Below, in pieces: positions 36,798 to 49,667 of a stretch of DNA of 64,000 bases (the stretch's first letter is position 1; every line of letters starts with the position of its first letter). Source of the DNA: Felis catus (taxonomy: Eukaryota); assembly GCF_018350175.1 (NCBI RefSeq), contig NC_058368.1, positions 225,310,001 through 225,374,000 of the forward strand, in the 5' to 3' direction. The position numbers were made by a program, and so were the translations under genes. A model generated the notes under the pieces. The model did not search any database. It was not told where the DNA came from and was given only the letters and a program-made list of their open reading frames with translations.

Positions 36798-37337
36798 GAA
36801 GTGTCCCTTTTAAAACATTTTTTAAATCCTGGAATGCGAGGTAAGTCCTGTTACATGACAAATAGGAAATGGGGCCGGGTACCTTCTAACTGGCTCCAAC
36901 TTTGATAAGCTACAAATCCAAAAAGTAACCCAGATATGCACCCCAAGAGCCTCACAGCTCCACGTCATTCACATTAGTTCATAGAATCGACTTGGACTCG
37001 TTATCCCCAAGCCCCCTAGCCTAGCCACTGCTTCGGCAGTCAAGTTCCCCACCTGTGAGATCACCGTCAACCCTGCCTCCCATGCAGCAAACCCAACGCC
37101 TATGGTCGATGTATCTGCCCAGGTCCATTTACGAACACCTCCCCTCCCCAGAGAAGTCTCTTAAATCCAGCCCTTCTCCTCTGCCATTCATGAATCCAGG
37201 CCTCCAGCATTTCTCCCTGAGTAATTACAACGGTCTCTGGTTCGGTGCACTCACCTCCAGGGTCTCTGCTGATCAGTTATCTTCTTTAAAAACACATAAA
37301 AATCAGTTTATAACTTTTTCTCAACTAAAAACTTTTT

Positions 37338-37559
37338 GTTAAGTTTATTTATTTTGAGAGAGAGTGGACACACGTGAGTGTGGGAGGGGCAGAGAGAGAG
37401 AGAGAGAGAGACAGAGGGAGAGAGGGAGAGAGAGAATCCCAAGGAGGCCCTGCACCATCAGCGTGCCAATGTGGGGCTTGAACACACAAACCCTGAGACC
37501 ATGACCTGAGCTGAAACCAAGAGTTGGATGCTTAACCCACTGAGCCACCCAGGAGCCCC
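37338..37559 (-). mobile_element. Can-SINE
   Basis: Reverse-complement element; TSD-like taaaaactttt. Confidence 0.93.
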
Positions 37560-38095
37560 CAGTTAAAAACTTTTATTACTACTCTCAGTAGAGGCTGTCC
37601 CCAAACACTTTTGTTCACGCACTTTCCTTGTCCTGATTTTAGTGATGGTTACATACACATACATTTAACAACCATGTGTTAAAACCCAGAGATCCGTACG
37701 CCAATAAAAAGTCAATTTTACTGCTTGTAAATTTAAAAATTAAATTTTAGAAAAGTATGAGAGAAAAACAAAAAATAAATTGTTTTAATACGTTTGCCCA
37801 CTCCCAATGGGATTACCTTTTATATCTTCTGAGCACATGCACACTGTTGGAGGATCACAGCATTGAATTCAGATGATTCAGATGGTCATTTCGGCTGCTT
37901 TTGAACAAACAGCAGGAAAATCCTCAAATCACTGGAGGTCCTTTTCCTCTCGTTTTGTAACGGCTACTCCTTCACTTGCATGGTACGGAAACATTAACAA
38001 TAAATATGGATCGGTGTGTATAACCACTAAATCATAAAAGGCTATTTGTGTTATTCTTCTAGAACACATAATGGGTCTAAATTCACATTTGTGTT

Positions 38096-38310
38096 GGGGC
38101 ACCTGGGTGGCTCAGTTGGTTAAGCATCCCACTTGGGCTCAGGTCATGATCTCATGGTTGGTGAGTTTGAGTCCCATGTCGGGCTCTGTGCTGACAGTTC
38201 GGAGCCTGGATCCTGCTTCGGATTCTGTGTCTCCCTCTCTCTCTGCCCCTCCCCTGCTCACACTCTGTCTCTATCTCTCAAAAATAAATAAACATTGAAA
38301 AAAAAAAAGA
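38096..38310 (+). mobile_element. Can-SINE
   Basis: Full element; no right-hand TSD. Confidence 0.95.
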
Positions 38311-38317
38311 GAAAGAG

Positions 38318-38345
38318 ACACTTAACTAAGCCACCCAGGTGCCCC
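38318..38345 (-). mobile_element. Can-SINE head-only fragment
   Basis: cttaactaagccacccaggtgcccc. Confidence 0.75.
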
Positions 38346-39892
38346 TAAAACTTTCCCTTTAATGCCGAGAACCCAGGAAAGTCTCCGAGACTTGTCACAT
38401 CATGAGAAAGTATATCCTCATGACAGACAAGCGAGGGACCAAAGAAATTTTCCCTCTGGTCATCTCTCTGTTCTCTGAGTAGAGGTGCTGCGGTTAGGGG
38501 TGGAGAGGCTTCGGCTGCCTCTGGCTTTTGTTCTCTGTAGAAGGCCCTCGCAGAAAATTCTCCGCTACAGGTGAAACAAATAAAACTTTTAATTGAAACT
38601 TGTACCTTCAAATCTGCCACAAGCTCTCAGAAATTTGGGCCCAGCCTCTCCCTTCCCTTCCTTTCCCAGCCTTCCACCTCTAGGATCCTCTGCTCAGCCA
38701 CACGGAGTGTTCCCTTCTCCCCTTATGCTCCCAGCCTGTAGAATGGGGAAGACCGGGGGGGGGGGGGATTCTCTTTCTTTCACCCCTGATGACCCTGTTA
38801 AAGTCACCTCCTTCTGTGACAAGTTTCAGACACTTGCAGGCAGGGCTACTTACATCTTTTCCCAATTTTTCACAAAATGGTACAAATCTCTACAGCTTAG
38901 ATGCGAACACTTCATCTGTTTCCATCAATATCAAATTAAGAAAATCTGCTATTCACACATTGCTCTAAGGTTCACGCGGAGGGTGGAATCACGTTTGTGT
39001 AAGAAAACACTAGATACCCCGTAGGAGTAGAAGGTGACCCTGAGGGTGTAATTTAGAAGCAAATTACAGAAAAAAATAGTTAAGCCGCTCTGCCTAATTA
39101 GTGACAGAGAGCTGGGTGAATGGTATGAGCGAGGTGGGGGAGAGCCAAGAAGGGAGGCAGAGGAAGAGAGAAGAAAGGAGAAGGGAGGAGGAAGAATGGA
39201 ATTAGAGCCAGTGGAAATGCTCAAGAAACATTCTGAAGGCTAGGGAGTCTGTTATTCAATTTTAAATTAATTGCTCTATGGCTCTGCAACGTAACCTTCC
39301 TTGTCATCAACTCACCGGCAGAAATTTACCACATGCAGCCGCATCGTGTGCGTTGTATTTTAGTGGGAGGAGCAAATAATCAAGGGTTATGTCCCATGTG
39401 TGGGTTGAATCCAAGGAAAAGATCAAGGACCGGTTAGCAGTAAGACATAGAGTGGAGGACGAAAATTCAGCAGAAGCTAGAAGCTGAAAACATAAGTGGC
39501 TGGGAGTATGACACCAGGCATGTGCAGAAGTTCTGGAGACAGCATTGAACTTCCCGTTGTCTGGCAGGAGGGAGTTTGAGGAAAGCTTACCTTGATCTAA
39601 GAAGGCTGTGTGTGGGTAGCCCAGCTGATCCCTGGCTTACTCAGATCTACGACCCAGTGCATCTGGAATCTTTGATATTTGAGAGTAGAAACTCCTCGAG
39701 GACAGGAAAATACAATAGTCCTTTGCTCCAAGCGGAGCAAAGTGCCTGCTTCATGATGGGTGAGGAAGGACTAATGCATCACGATACAAATATGAACTAA
39801 TTGCTAGGTACTGAAATGCCACTTGTCCTAGCTTGTGGTCTAAGACGCTGTAATTGCTAATCTAAACAATCATCTAAAGGCACTCCAGGTAC

Positions 39893-40152
39893 TTATATTT
39901 ATTATACAATAATATACACATTATATATTATACAATAATAATTATATTATATATTATAATATATAATTATAATTATATTATATTATATATTTTATTATTA
40001 TATATTATATTGTATTGTATATTATATATTATATATTATATATTATATATTATATAATAATTATATAATATAATATACCATATAATTATTATAATAATAT
40101 TACATATTATGCACTAATAATATCATGTTATTATATTTATATTGTTATATTT
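39893..40152. repeat. AT-rich (TA/TTA/TATAT) low-complexity tract
   Basis: About 260 nt almost entirely A/T. Confidence 0.95.
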
Positions 40153-40307
40153 ATTTTTCTCTGGGATTAAAGCACTCCACATTCTTTGGTGGTATCGAGC
40201 AGCGTGCCAACCCCTTGAGGCCACTATCGATCTTCAGTGTAATAATAATAAAGATTCTGAAGATGTTCAGGCCCCACATTCCCGAAGATACTGGGTTCTA
40301 TAGGAAC

Positions 40308-40711
40308 TGTTAGAGGCCGAACTGTGTCGTCCTCCCCAGATTCACGCGTTGAGGTTCTAGCCCCCAGTACCTCAGAATGAGACTGTATTTGGAGACAGGG
40401 TCCTTAAAGAGGTCATCCAAGTGACACAAGGTCATATGGCTGGGCCCCAATCCATCCTTACTGGTACCCTTACAAGAAGAGGAAAAGAGGACACAGACGT
40501 GCACGTGCACAGAGGAGAAAACGCGTGAGGACATCTCGAAAAGGTAAGCATCTGCAAGCCAAGGGGAGAGGGAGGCCTCAGAAGAAAGCGGATGTGCCAG
40601 CACCTTGATCTTGGCCGTTCAGCTTCCAGCACCGTGAGAAAATAAATTTCTGTGGTTTACACCAGCCAGTCTGTGCTAGTTTTTTATGTCAGGCCTAGAA
40701 AACAAACTACA
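40308..40711 (+). mobile_element. MLT1B-like MaLR solo LTR
   Basis: TG...CA ends, cccagtacctcagaatg, gagaaaataaatttctgt; near-TSD ggaac/gggac. Confidence 0.85.
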
Positions 40712-41482
40712 GGGACCGTGGTTTCCAGACTAAAACTTAGGACACATGGCCTGACAAATACCAATGGTTTACAGTCAGCTGACGGGCTAGAATACCCTGT
40801 ATTTGAAGTCCAAGCCATAGGGTCCCCATTCGGAGACTGAAGTTTTACCACCACGCATCATTTCGACGTCATTTAAAAATCAAACCAAATGCAAGTTAGA
40901 GAGAATTAAGGGCAGAAATCCGTGGGCTTTTTGTCCTCCACATGTGAGGTAGACTAAATTATTACACGGGCACCCTGTTCTATATTTAAGAGAGAGGAAA
41001 TCCAAGACCACCGAATGCCTTCAAGAAGACAAATCCTCTAAGACGGCAGCCTAGGCCAGCATTTGCAGACTCTTAGGCCGATAAGCTACATAATTAGAAA
41101 ACACCTGGGGGGTGGGGATGGGAAGGAATTATTTTAAACGAAATATCTTTTAAGATTGAAATCAAAGAATGAATTGGAATCTGGCTGTGGCTGTCGACGC
41201 CGTGCGTATTAAACACAATGCCTGTTTTCTCCCTTAGAGCTAGAATTAAAAAAAAAAAAAAATCAAAGCTTTTATTTTTTAATACATGCTACATAAAAAT
41301 GCTAACATATATGTTGAAAAACCCGTTGGGGATCCAAAAAAAAAAAAAAAATGAAGCCTGTGGAATCCTTGTCAAATACAAGCCAGGTGTGAATTTTGTT
41401 TTTTTCCCTTTTTCCCTTTGCCAGAAAGCTTCAGACTCACAGACCTCACATTGTTAACTGTGCATTTCCATTTTCTCCACAG

Positions 41483-41562
41483 GTTAGAGAAATACAGCTG
41501 AGTAGAAAGGAAAATTAAATTATGACTATTACTAGAAGAAAGGCAATTACTTGACTCCTGGG
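41483..41562 (+). other. Candidate non-coding exon
   Basis: Acceptor catttccattttctccacag, donor GG|GTAAGA; stops in all three frames. Confidence 0.3.
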
Positions 41563-41855
41563 GTAAGATGAAAAAGTGGAACCAAATTGCAAAGTTACTT
41601 CATTCACAACAACCAGTGGAGAAAGTAAGAAAAAAGCAAAACAGCATAGCTAGAGAAAAATAAATTGTGTCAACTGTCCATTAAGAGGAGGGAAAACCCA
41701 TATTAAATCCTTGGAAAATGTTGCCTAGAAAAAGCTGTGTGTTTCCAAAGATGGGGAGGTGGCTGTTAGCCTCATATCCCCAGAACCATTACTGACACAA
41801 AAAGATGAGCAGGTCAAGGTCAGGAGAAAATCTCCCTAAGTTCTCCCCCACTTTA

Positions 41856-42081
41856 TTATTACTTTTAAATGTTTTATTTATTTTTGACTAAGAGAGAGAG
41901 AGAGAGAGAGAGCATGAGTAGAGGAGGGTCAGGGACAGAGCGGGACAGAGGATCCAAAGCAGGCTCTGGGCTCCGGGATCTGGGCTCTGGGCTCCCAGCT
42001 CCACGCTGACAGCAGTGAGCCCCCTGTAGGGCTCGAACTCACAAACTGTGACACTCAACAAACTGAGCCACCCAGGGGCCC
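41856..42081 (-). mobile_element. Can-SINE with internal micro-duplications
   Basis: Reverse-complement head; TSD ccccacttta. Confidence 0.88.
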
Positions 42082-42436
42082 TTTCCCCACTTTAAAGGGA
42101 AGCAGCCTAAGGGGGTAGCTATGTAGCCTAAGGGACAGGATTGGAATGTCTTCCTGAAATAGAAGTTTCAACCCATCTGCCCACTGACTCACCCACCAGG
42201 ACTATTAAGGGAAAAGAGATTGTGAAAGCCCATAATAGTCTCTATTAACAGCTAGGGGTTTCTAAGGATGAGGGACAAAAAGAAAAAAGAAATAAGACAA
42301 AAATGCACGGCTTTTTTGTGAATCGAATAATGTTACAATTCGGTTCTACGTTGTCATCCTACCCCAGAAGTCAAATAACTGTGGGGGACGGGCACAAGGC
42401 TGCAACGAAGCCTCATTTAACATCCTTGCCCTCTCG

Positions 42437-42654
42437 GGCCGCCCCGTGGCTGTCGGTTAAGTGTCTGACTCTTGGTTGTGGCTCAGATCACGGACACGCC
42501 AGCTTGCGAGTTCGAGCCCTGCGTGGGGCTCTGTGCTGACCCTGCAGAGAGCTTCGGATTCTCTGTCTCTCTGCCCCTCCCCCGCTGGCCCTCTCTGTCT
42601 CTCTCTCAAAATAAATAGATAAACTCAAAAAAAATTAAAACACATAAATAAATA
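42437..42654 (+). mobile_element. Can-SINE, diverged
   Basis: gagttcgagccc B-box, CT tract; TSD atcctt..cctctc. Confidence 0.88.
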
Positions 42655-42734
42655 AAATCCTTAACCTCTCTTCAGATCAAAATTGCCATCACAATTTACG
42701 TTACATTTACAAAATTGCCATTTACAACTTACAT

Positions 42735-42915
42735 TGCCTGGGTGACCATGGACAGGTTACGCAACATCTCTTAGCATCAGTTTCCTCATCTGTAAAATGA
42801 GAATTATTATGACAGCTACATATAAAGATAAAATGAGTTAATATACATAAAGCCCTTAGAAAAGTGCTGGGCATATAGTAAACACCATACTAGTTTCGAC
42901 TCTAATTATTATTGT
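42735..42915 (+). mobile_element. MIR SINE
   Basis: tcagtttcctcatctgtaaaatg core. Confidence 0.85.
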
Positions 42916-44079
42916 TCCTTTTATTGCCGAAGCCCGTAGGCCTCCCTTCTCTTTTCCCTCTCGGCTAGGACAGGTGTGGGTGGGCCCATTAAGGACCAGG
43001 GATCGTCTAAGATACTGGTGATTTTTTTTTAAATCAAAAGATTCAATACCGGGTTCAATGAAGCTCTCAGTCCACTGGGAGAGGAGGTGGGGGGCAAACA
43101 TAAAAACACACGACCCGCCCAAGCCCCAGTGACTCCCCCAGCCTGTCCACAGCAGAGTAATCACAGCCCTCAGGAGCTATATCTGAGAGAGCCCGACTGC
43201 CAACACCGCTCCGTCAGGTCTGTGAAGATACAGGAGAATCCCCACTCCTCTCTCAGCGGCCCCTTGTGTTTTGGTCATTCTTAAATACTCTGTTTATGAC
43301 CTTCCAGCTCTTCCTTCTCCGATGTCATGCATGAAAATCACCACCCTGAGCCAGCCCCTTCTTGTCATACCTCTTGCGCAATTTGCCATTGGGGCAGGGT
43401 ACATCAAAGCGCCACGAAACTCATCTCTTAAGCTCTTGCGTTACAGACATAAGCCCCCTGACAACGTGTACCCGTGTTCTCGTCCTTCATTCCTCTTGAG
43501 TTAACGCAGCAATCCAACACATGTATATTTCACATCCTATGGTGTTCTTAATCTTTTTATTCCTTCTTCCCCATTCCTGTGATCCTTAAGAACAAAGAAT
43601 GGAAAAACAGCTCAGAAGCAGCATCGTGATGTATGACTGCGCTAATTGTGCCCCATTTTGTGAACAAAGCCCCAAGAGTTGTGCAGTCCACAACCTGAAC
43701 AATCCCATGCAGCAGCTCCACCAGCATGAGTTCTAATGGAATGAGTCCGTGGCACCTGGGGAGCATGGTGCGCAGCGTCCAAGTGTAGTTGAGAAGGTCA
43801 AGGAAAGCTGTACAAAACAAGTAATTGACCTGGGCCTTGAAGCATGAGTAGGGGTTTTCTACTCTTCCAAAGGTCTGGGGAGGGTGTTGTAGGGAGAAGA
43901 GTGTGTGATAAGTCATGGAAGCATAAAACAGTGCAACATCCTATCACTGCAAGATTAGCAAGGGCCGGGGAGTGCCTACAGCTAGGAGATAACGGAAGCA
44001 ATGTCTGGAGGTAAAGCTGAAGACATAATCACGTGGGGACTTTCATGCTATACCACTGCATCTGAGAGTATGGGGAACC

Positions 44080-44735
44080 TGGGGCGGGGAGGATCTAGGA
44101 CCCATGTCCTTGGTTGTTGCAGAGAGCAAGATGGAGTCACTCATGCTAAGCAGGGGCCTGTGTCAAGCAATGACGCAAGCAGTTAAGAACCCTGCAGCCA
44201 TGAGATATCGCCCAGACCAGCATCAGCTGACACCCCAGAACTGATAAGAAGCAGAAGCCGAGGAGGTCTGCCCAAGACTGAGGAAATCCCTTTAAAAAGG
44301 GAGGATTTTTACAGCAAACTGTCAGACTCTTCAGACACGTCCCCTCTATGCCTGACCACTTAAAAAAGCCAGATGCCGCCAAAGGCTTTGCCGGATTGAT
44401 CTCCGAACAGAACCGAGATCCTTCAGTGCATGAACATAACAGGCTGTAAGTGCCCAGAGCTGACTCGGACCGGACCGAGGCCTGATTTCAACTGTGCCCC
44501 CACAGACTGACTTTGTGTTTGGTTCATTAACATCCTACCTTCTCTGTTATCTTGTTTGTTGTGGGGTCTGTCTTATGTTCTGCTTTGTGCACCCTGTAAA
44601 AAGCCAAGTTAATCACGTGGTGAAATGTCATTGAGTTTGGCATCCCGAACCTGCCTTATAATCATGTTAACCTTGCTTTATGACTGAACAAAGCTGACAG
44701 ACGCTGTGGAAAGACACAACTCGTGTGTGCCTTCA
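44080..44735 (+). mobile_element. Probable ERV solo LTR, family unassigned
   Basis: About 650-bp block interrupting L2-like sequence; caagatggagtc motif, TATA-like cttaaaaa. Confidence 0.45.
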
Positions 44736-45183
44736 CAGCATGTTATACATGATCAGATTTGTGCTTTAGAAAGACCACTAGAGCGGTGTAGAGCCCAGAC
44801 TACAGTGGGGCTAGACTGATCTGAGCCATCATTCAAAAGGTCTCTTCCTAGTCTGAGAACAAAAGCTGAATGTCAATGCTAAGGAATGCAGAGCTTCCAG
44901 AAACATTTAAGAAACACAAAAGACAAGACATGTTGACTAACTGGAATGGAGAGTGAGTGGATGGAGACTAGGATAGAACAAAAGATGGCACTTTGTACCA
45001 ATTTGAAAGTAGAAGGACAGCAGGTCTGAAAGGGTTGAAATAGGTTGAATCCAATGAACCCATGAGCTGTGTGGATAAATATATGAGTCACCAGCTGGAA
45101 ATGTGGGTCTGGAGTTCAAGAGAGAGATTTGAGTTCTATTTCAAAGTCGTGAGAGATGACAGCACATGAAAATGAGAAGTGGA

Positions 45184-45400
45184 GGGGCACCTAGGTGGCT
45201 CAGCTGGTTGGGTGTCCAACTCTTGATTTTGGCTCAGGTCATGATCTCATGGTTCATGGGATCGAGCCCTACATAGGGCTCTGTGCTGGCAGCACACAGA
45301 GGGAGATTCTCTCCCTCTCTCTCTGCCTTTCTCCCATTCTCTCTCTCCCTCTTTCTCTCTCTCTCTCTCGAAATAAATAAACAAACTTAAAAAAAAATAG
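45184..45400 (+). mobile_element. Can-SINE
   Basis: Head, CT tract, tail. Confidence 0.92.
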
Positions 45401-45639
45401 GAATTGAAAATAGCTAGTGTGGGTTATTGTCCAGGGACTTGGTAAAGGAAAACAGACAAAATGCAAGTTTGAGGAGGGTTTTTTTTTTTTCTAATGGGGC
45501 TTGAAAATATTAGTGCATGTGAGAGATTGAAGAATGAGAAACAGAGTATCACTGAAACCAGATCAGGAAGACCGTTGAAGAGCACAGTTGAAGGAGTCCA
45601 TACAGAAAGGGGATTTCACTAAACAGTTCCTCCCCAGCA

Positions 45640-48460
45640 GCTGGGCAACACAATAGGCATCATTCTTGTCCTCTTAGAGCTTAAAATCTGCTGGGGTGGC
45701 AGGCATGAATCGAACACTTGTAGAAATCAATGTAAAACTGCAACTGTGATAGATGCCCTGAAGATTTACAGGGTGCAGCAAGAGTTTATAATAAAAAGAC
45801 TTGATCTATTAAGGTACCGGTGAAGCCTTCCTTGCCAAGGTAACACAAGTCAGGCATACAGCTTGATGAAGAGATGTGACTCCAACCCACAAGTCAGAGT
45901 CAACTAAAGAAGAGACAGGAGGAGGATTCAGTATGTGCAAAGAACGCTGCAAAATTGGGGAGTATTTGAAGAGCCTGGATGAAAAGATAGGCAGTGTGGC
46001 AGAGCAGAGAGTGTGGGGTAGAGTGTGGTAAAAGATGGAGCTAGAGATGTAAGTAGGACCAGACCAAGTAGAACCTTGTAGGACATGTCTGGGGGGGGGG
46101 GGGGCATCTTAATTCATAAAAAACTAGGAAGCCATTGAAAACAAATTAAGGACAGCTGGGGGCACAGGTCATAATGATAACATTTGTATTTCACAAAGGT
46201 GACTTTAACTGTAGCCCAGAGAACGGGTGAGAGGTGTCAGGGGAGGACAAGGTAGACCCATTTCTGTAATCCTGGGAAGAAACGTCTACAGCTTGGGAAA
46301 AGATGGTAGTGACAGAAATTGAGAGAGTAGATAATTTCAAAACATCTTTATGAAGTGAAATTCAATAAGATAAGGTCAAAGAGTGTTGAGGCTGCTTCAT
46401 AGATTTCCAGTCTACACAGACTGGGTGGATGGCTGAAGTGAAGTACACTGGAAGTGGGCTGTGTTTGGAGGAACAATTATGAGTTCCACATAGATACAGT
46501 GATTTTTCATGTGTCTCTGAGGCATTCAAGAGTAGATACCAAGTAGACTGCTGGATATGTGGGCCTAGATCTTGAAGGACACGTCTAAACTATAGAGTAG
46601 GCATCAGTAGACTAAGACTGTTGATGGCTAGAATATGGAGGACAAGATAGGCTGGGCCTAAGACGGCATCATGAGGAGCTCAAACCTTCAGTGGATAGAT
46701 GGAAGATGGTGAAACTAAGAGAGGAAAGGAATGGCCAGAAAGATAAGAAGAAAACTAAGATTGATTCATGGTACAGAAAATAGGCAGGTGAGACAGGTCC
46801 AGAAAGAGGAAATATTCAAGAATGTTGGTAAGAAGAAAGACAAGATTACAAATCTCTGTTGACACAGAGGTCAAGCAAAAACTGTCTCCATGTGGTAATG
46901 GAGCCAGAAATCACACTGGGGCAGGTTGAAGAATGAGCAGGAGAAGGACAAAATGGAGGCAGTAAATATAGACAGTTCCACCAAGGACTTGGGCTGAGTC
47001 ATCGACTGGGAATGAAAGGGACAGAAGCGGAAAAGGTGCCTTGAGGAGAGAAGGGAAGTTTAGACCAGCAGCTGAGAGTTATTAAAGAGACAGATGGCTT
47101 CAAACCAGTAACAAAATAGGGGAGACAGACTTCCATTAATTTGAAGTGGCACCAGTTTGCCTGGGTGGGCAATTCTCTCTAGCTATCATAGTCTGAACTT
47201 AGTTGAGAAATACCAAATTGTGGTCAAAAAAGAAAAAGAACAAAGAAAAACAACAACACCAAGGAGACAATGAAGTTGAGACGCTTGAGAGAAAGAAGCT
47301 CAAATTGTCCCTGGAGCCCAGGCTCCATATGGAAGGAATTGTGGTTCTCAGGAGGCTGATCATTTCGCTGAAAATGAATGAGTCCAGGGATTAGGGACCT
47401 CGGTAGAAACGAAAGGCATGCTTAGGGGAAATGCCGCGGGTTCTTGGGAAGCAGAAGTGGTAGGTGAAGCAGATGTTCTCAGTGTCCCCCAGTATCTTTG
47501 CAACAATCCTGATTTCTATGCTCTCTACTCTGGCCAGACCATTTGACTTGCTTTTGGCTCAGTGCCTTCTCAGTCTAGAAACACCAAGTCATTGATGTCC
47601 CCTGGAAGCAACCTCAGCCAAAGACTAATGGTAGTCAGTGAATAACTACCCAGCTCCTTTACCTTTCCCCAGATGAGATAATTTCTTTCCGTTTCTTGTC
47701 CTTGTCCTCCAACTCTCCTACTGGGAGTAACTCCCTGTAAGTGACTTGTGCTGGAATCTCTTTTCAGGGTCAGCTTCTTGTGAGACTAAACCCAAAACGG
47801 TAGGCTATTGCTGTCGAAGTTTTCAGAGGTGACACTGTTTGGGGGTAAAAGGGTGCAAGATATGCCAGTGAAAGAGGGTTGCAGGAATGCTGCGGAGGTG
47901 AATGCTATTGATTCTAAGACCAGAGAGGCTTAGAGGCCACCATGTTTGGGGTTATCTACACGATGTCAAATTGTCATTGACGGCCACCTAGAAGAGACCC
48001 TGAACCAAGCACCATAGTTATCCATAATGTGGGAGAGAGGACGGAAGGCCAGAGATAACAGTGATCCATGGCAGCGTAGGATAGGTTTTGGTAGATACCA
48101 TGACCCAAAACAAAGAGGATTTTTAGCCAAAAGAAATGGACCAATTATCTAGGCACAGAAAAGGAGATGGAGGGCAACGTTGACCTTCTCTCTCCCAGAT
48201 TCAAGATGCATAGACTGTAGGGGAAGGAGCAGTCCCCACTGGAGGGGACCTAATTCAAGGAAAACAGCGTCCATGTGGGAGGATGACAGATTAGTCTACA
48301 ACAGGTTGAAGAAATGGAGAAAGTCTGTACAACGGACAGGTCGGGAGGTTCCGGGTAGTACAAGAGGGAACGAGTGAAAGAAGATGAACTTGAGAAGGCT
48401 ATGATTTAGAAAGAGAAACATCAACTGGAGGTTGTACACTTTGAGCAGTGACTTGGAGTC
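45640..48460 (-). mobile_element. Ancient L2 LINE remnant
   Basis: Purine-rich antisense L2 motifs (tcttagagcttaaaatctg, ggaagccattg, ctggatatgtggg); boundaries approximate. Confidence 0.6.
47483..47799 (+). mobile_element. LTR16-like ERVL solo LTR
   Basis: ggaagcaacctcagccaaagact, cccagctcc, cagggtcagcttct. Confidence 0.6.
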
Positions 48461-49027
48461 AAACTCTCCAACAACCTTCCAAGGCTGGATCCTGGGAATC
48501 TGAGGCCCATGGTCACACAGCCCACATGAGTAGAAATGGAGAAACTGAACCAGACAGTCTGGCTCTTGAGGCCACTGGGCGCTATTCTGTGCTGTCCCTG
48601 AGGTTCGGGGCTCCAAGGACTCTCTCAAAGGCAGGGACAGGAATTTGTACTTGTATTACACAATACTTAAAAAAATAGGGCACAAAACATGATTGTGTGG
48701 GAATACACAACATAACAAAACAATAAAAAAATTACCATGCCCATGTTCTGGCACCATCATGGTCATCTTTCTCTTTTAAAAAGATTGAGGTCTTTTTTTT
48801 ACTGCCGTTTCTATCAAAGTAAACAGCATTAGCATCCGGCAGACTGACATTAAAAGGCTTATTATTATCTGTCCTGGATTCATTTTTAAAAGGAATCTGC
48901 TATGTAGCAATTTCTGGTTTAGTCCGTGTTCTTTGATGCGCTACAGAAGTTAGTGCAGAATAGCTTAATCTAATAATCTCCTGCCTAGAGGGAGTAAAGC
49001 TCTGGAGGGAAAATATGGGGTGAGTCA

Positions 49028-49452
49028 TGTGGTGTGCCCTGTGAGGCCAGGCACAGATGCCCCCCTTCCAGAATGAAAGCTTACTTCCTCAGCTTCTGTC
49101 AATGCTGCAGGCCCCAAACCGGCCATGTGTCGTCCTCTGTGGGGATTGCTGCAGCCAGAAGGAGTTTCTCCACTCAAGGTTGCCTCTCCATCTTGAGATG
49201 TCCACATCTAGTGACAGATCTCAGGAATATAAAGGCCAAGCCCTTTGCCTCCAGACGAATCCACTTGGTAGCGCCATCTTGGTTTCAGAGCTCCTCAAGG
49301 GTCAGCCGAGGTCTTTGTCATCACAGCTCAACCTCCCTCACTTAATCTTGCCCCCCTCTCCCTCCCTTCTACAGGTGTCCATCTCAAAAACACTCCTTAA
49401 TAAACATCCTGTATTTAATCTCCATCACAGAGTTCTGACGTAGTTCCTGCAA
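49028..49452 (+). mobile_element. LTR33-like ERVL solo LTR
   Basis: tataaaggcc, cagagctcc...tcagccgagg, cacagctcaac, taataaacatcctg. Confidence 0.7.
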
Positions 49453-49602
49453 GAGTAAAACTTCCAGAAAACTGATGCGATACCCTGACACTGACTTACA
49501 GAAAATATAACACCATTTGCTGGGTATTGAAAAGGGGAAGGCAAAGAGCTTGTGCTAACCTCCGTGGACTTGGGACTGAATCCTCACCTTGTATTTTCTC
49601 AG

Positions 49603-49667
49603 GGAAAGTAATATCCCAGAGAATATCGAGATGAAATACGAGGAGAATTCATGGAATGAAGATTCAG
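49603..49667 (+). other. Candidate internal exon (open frame ESNIPENIEMKYEENSWNEDS)
   Basis: Acceptor ctcaccttgtattttctcag, donor CAG|GTGAGA, purine-rich body. Confidence 0.35.

Noticed and set aside
39721..39742. 9-bp hairpin ctttgctcc-aagc-ggagcaaag
   Set aside because: One or two such stems are expected by chance in 64 kb, and it is too short for a pre-miRNA.
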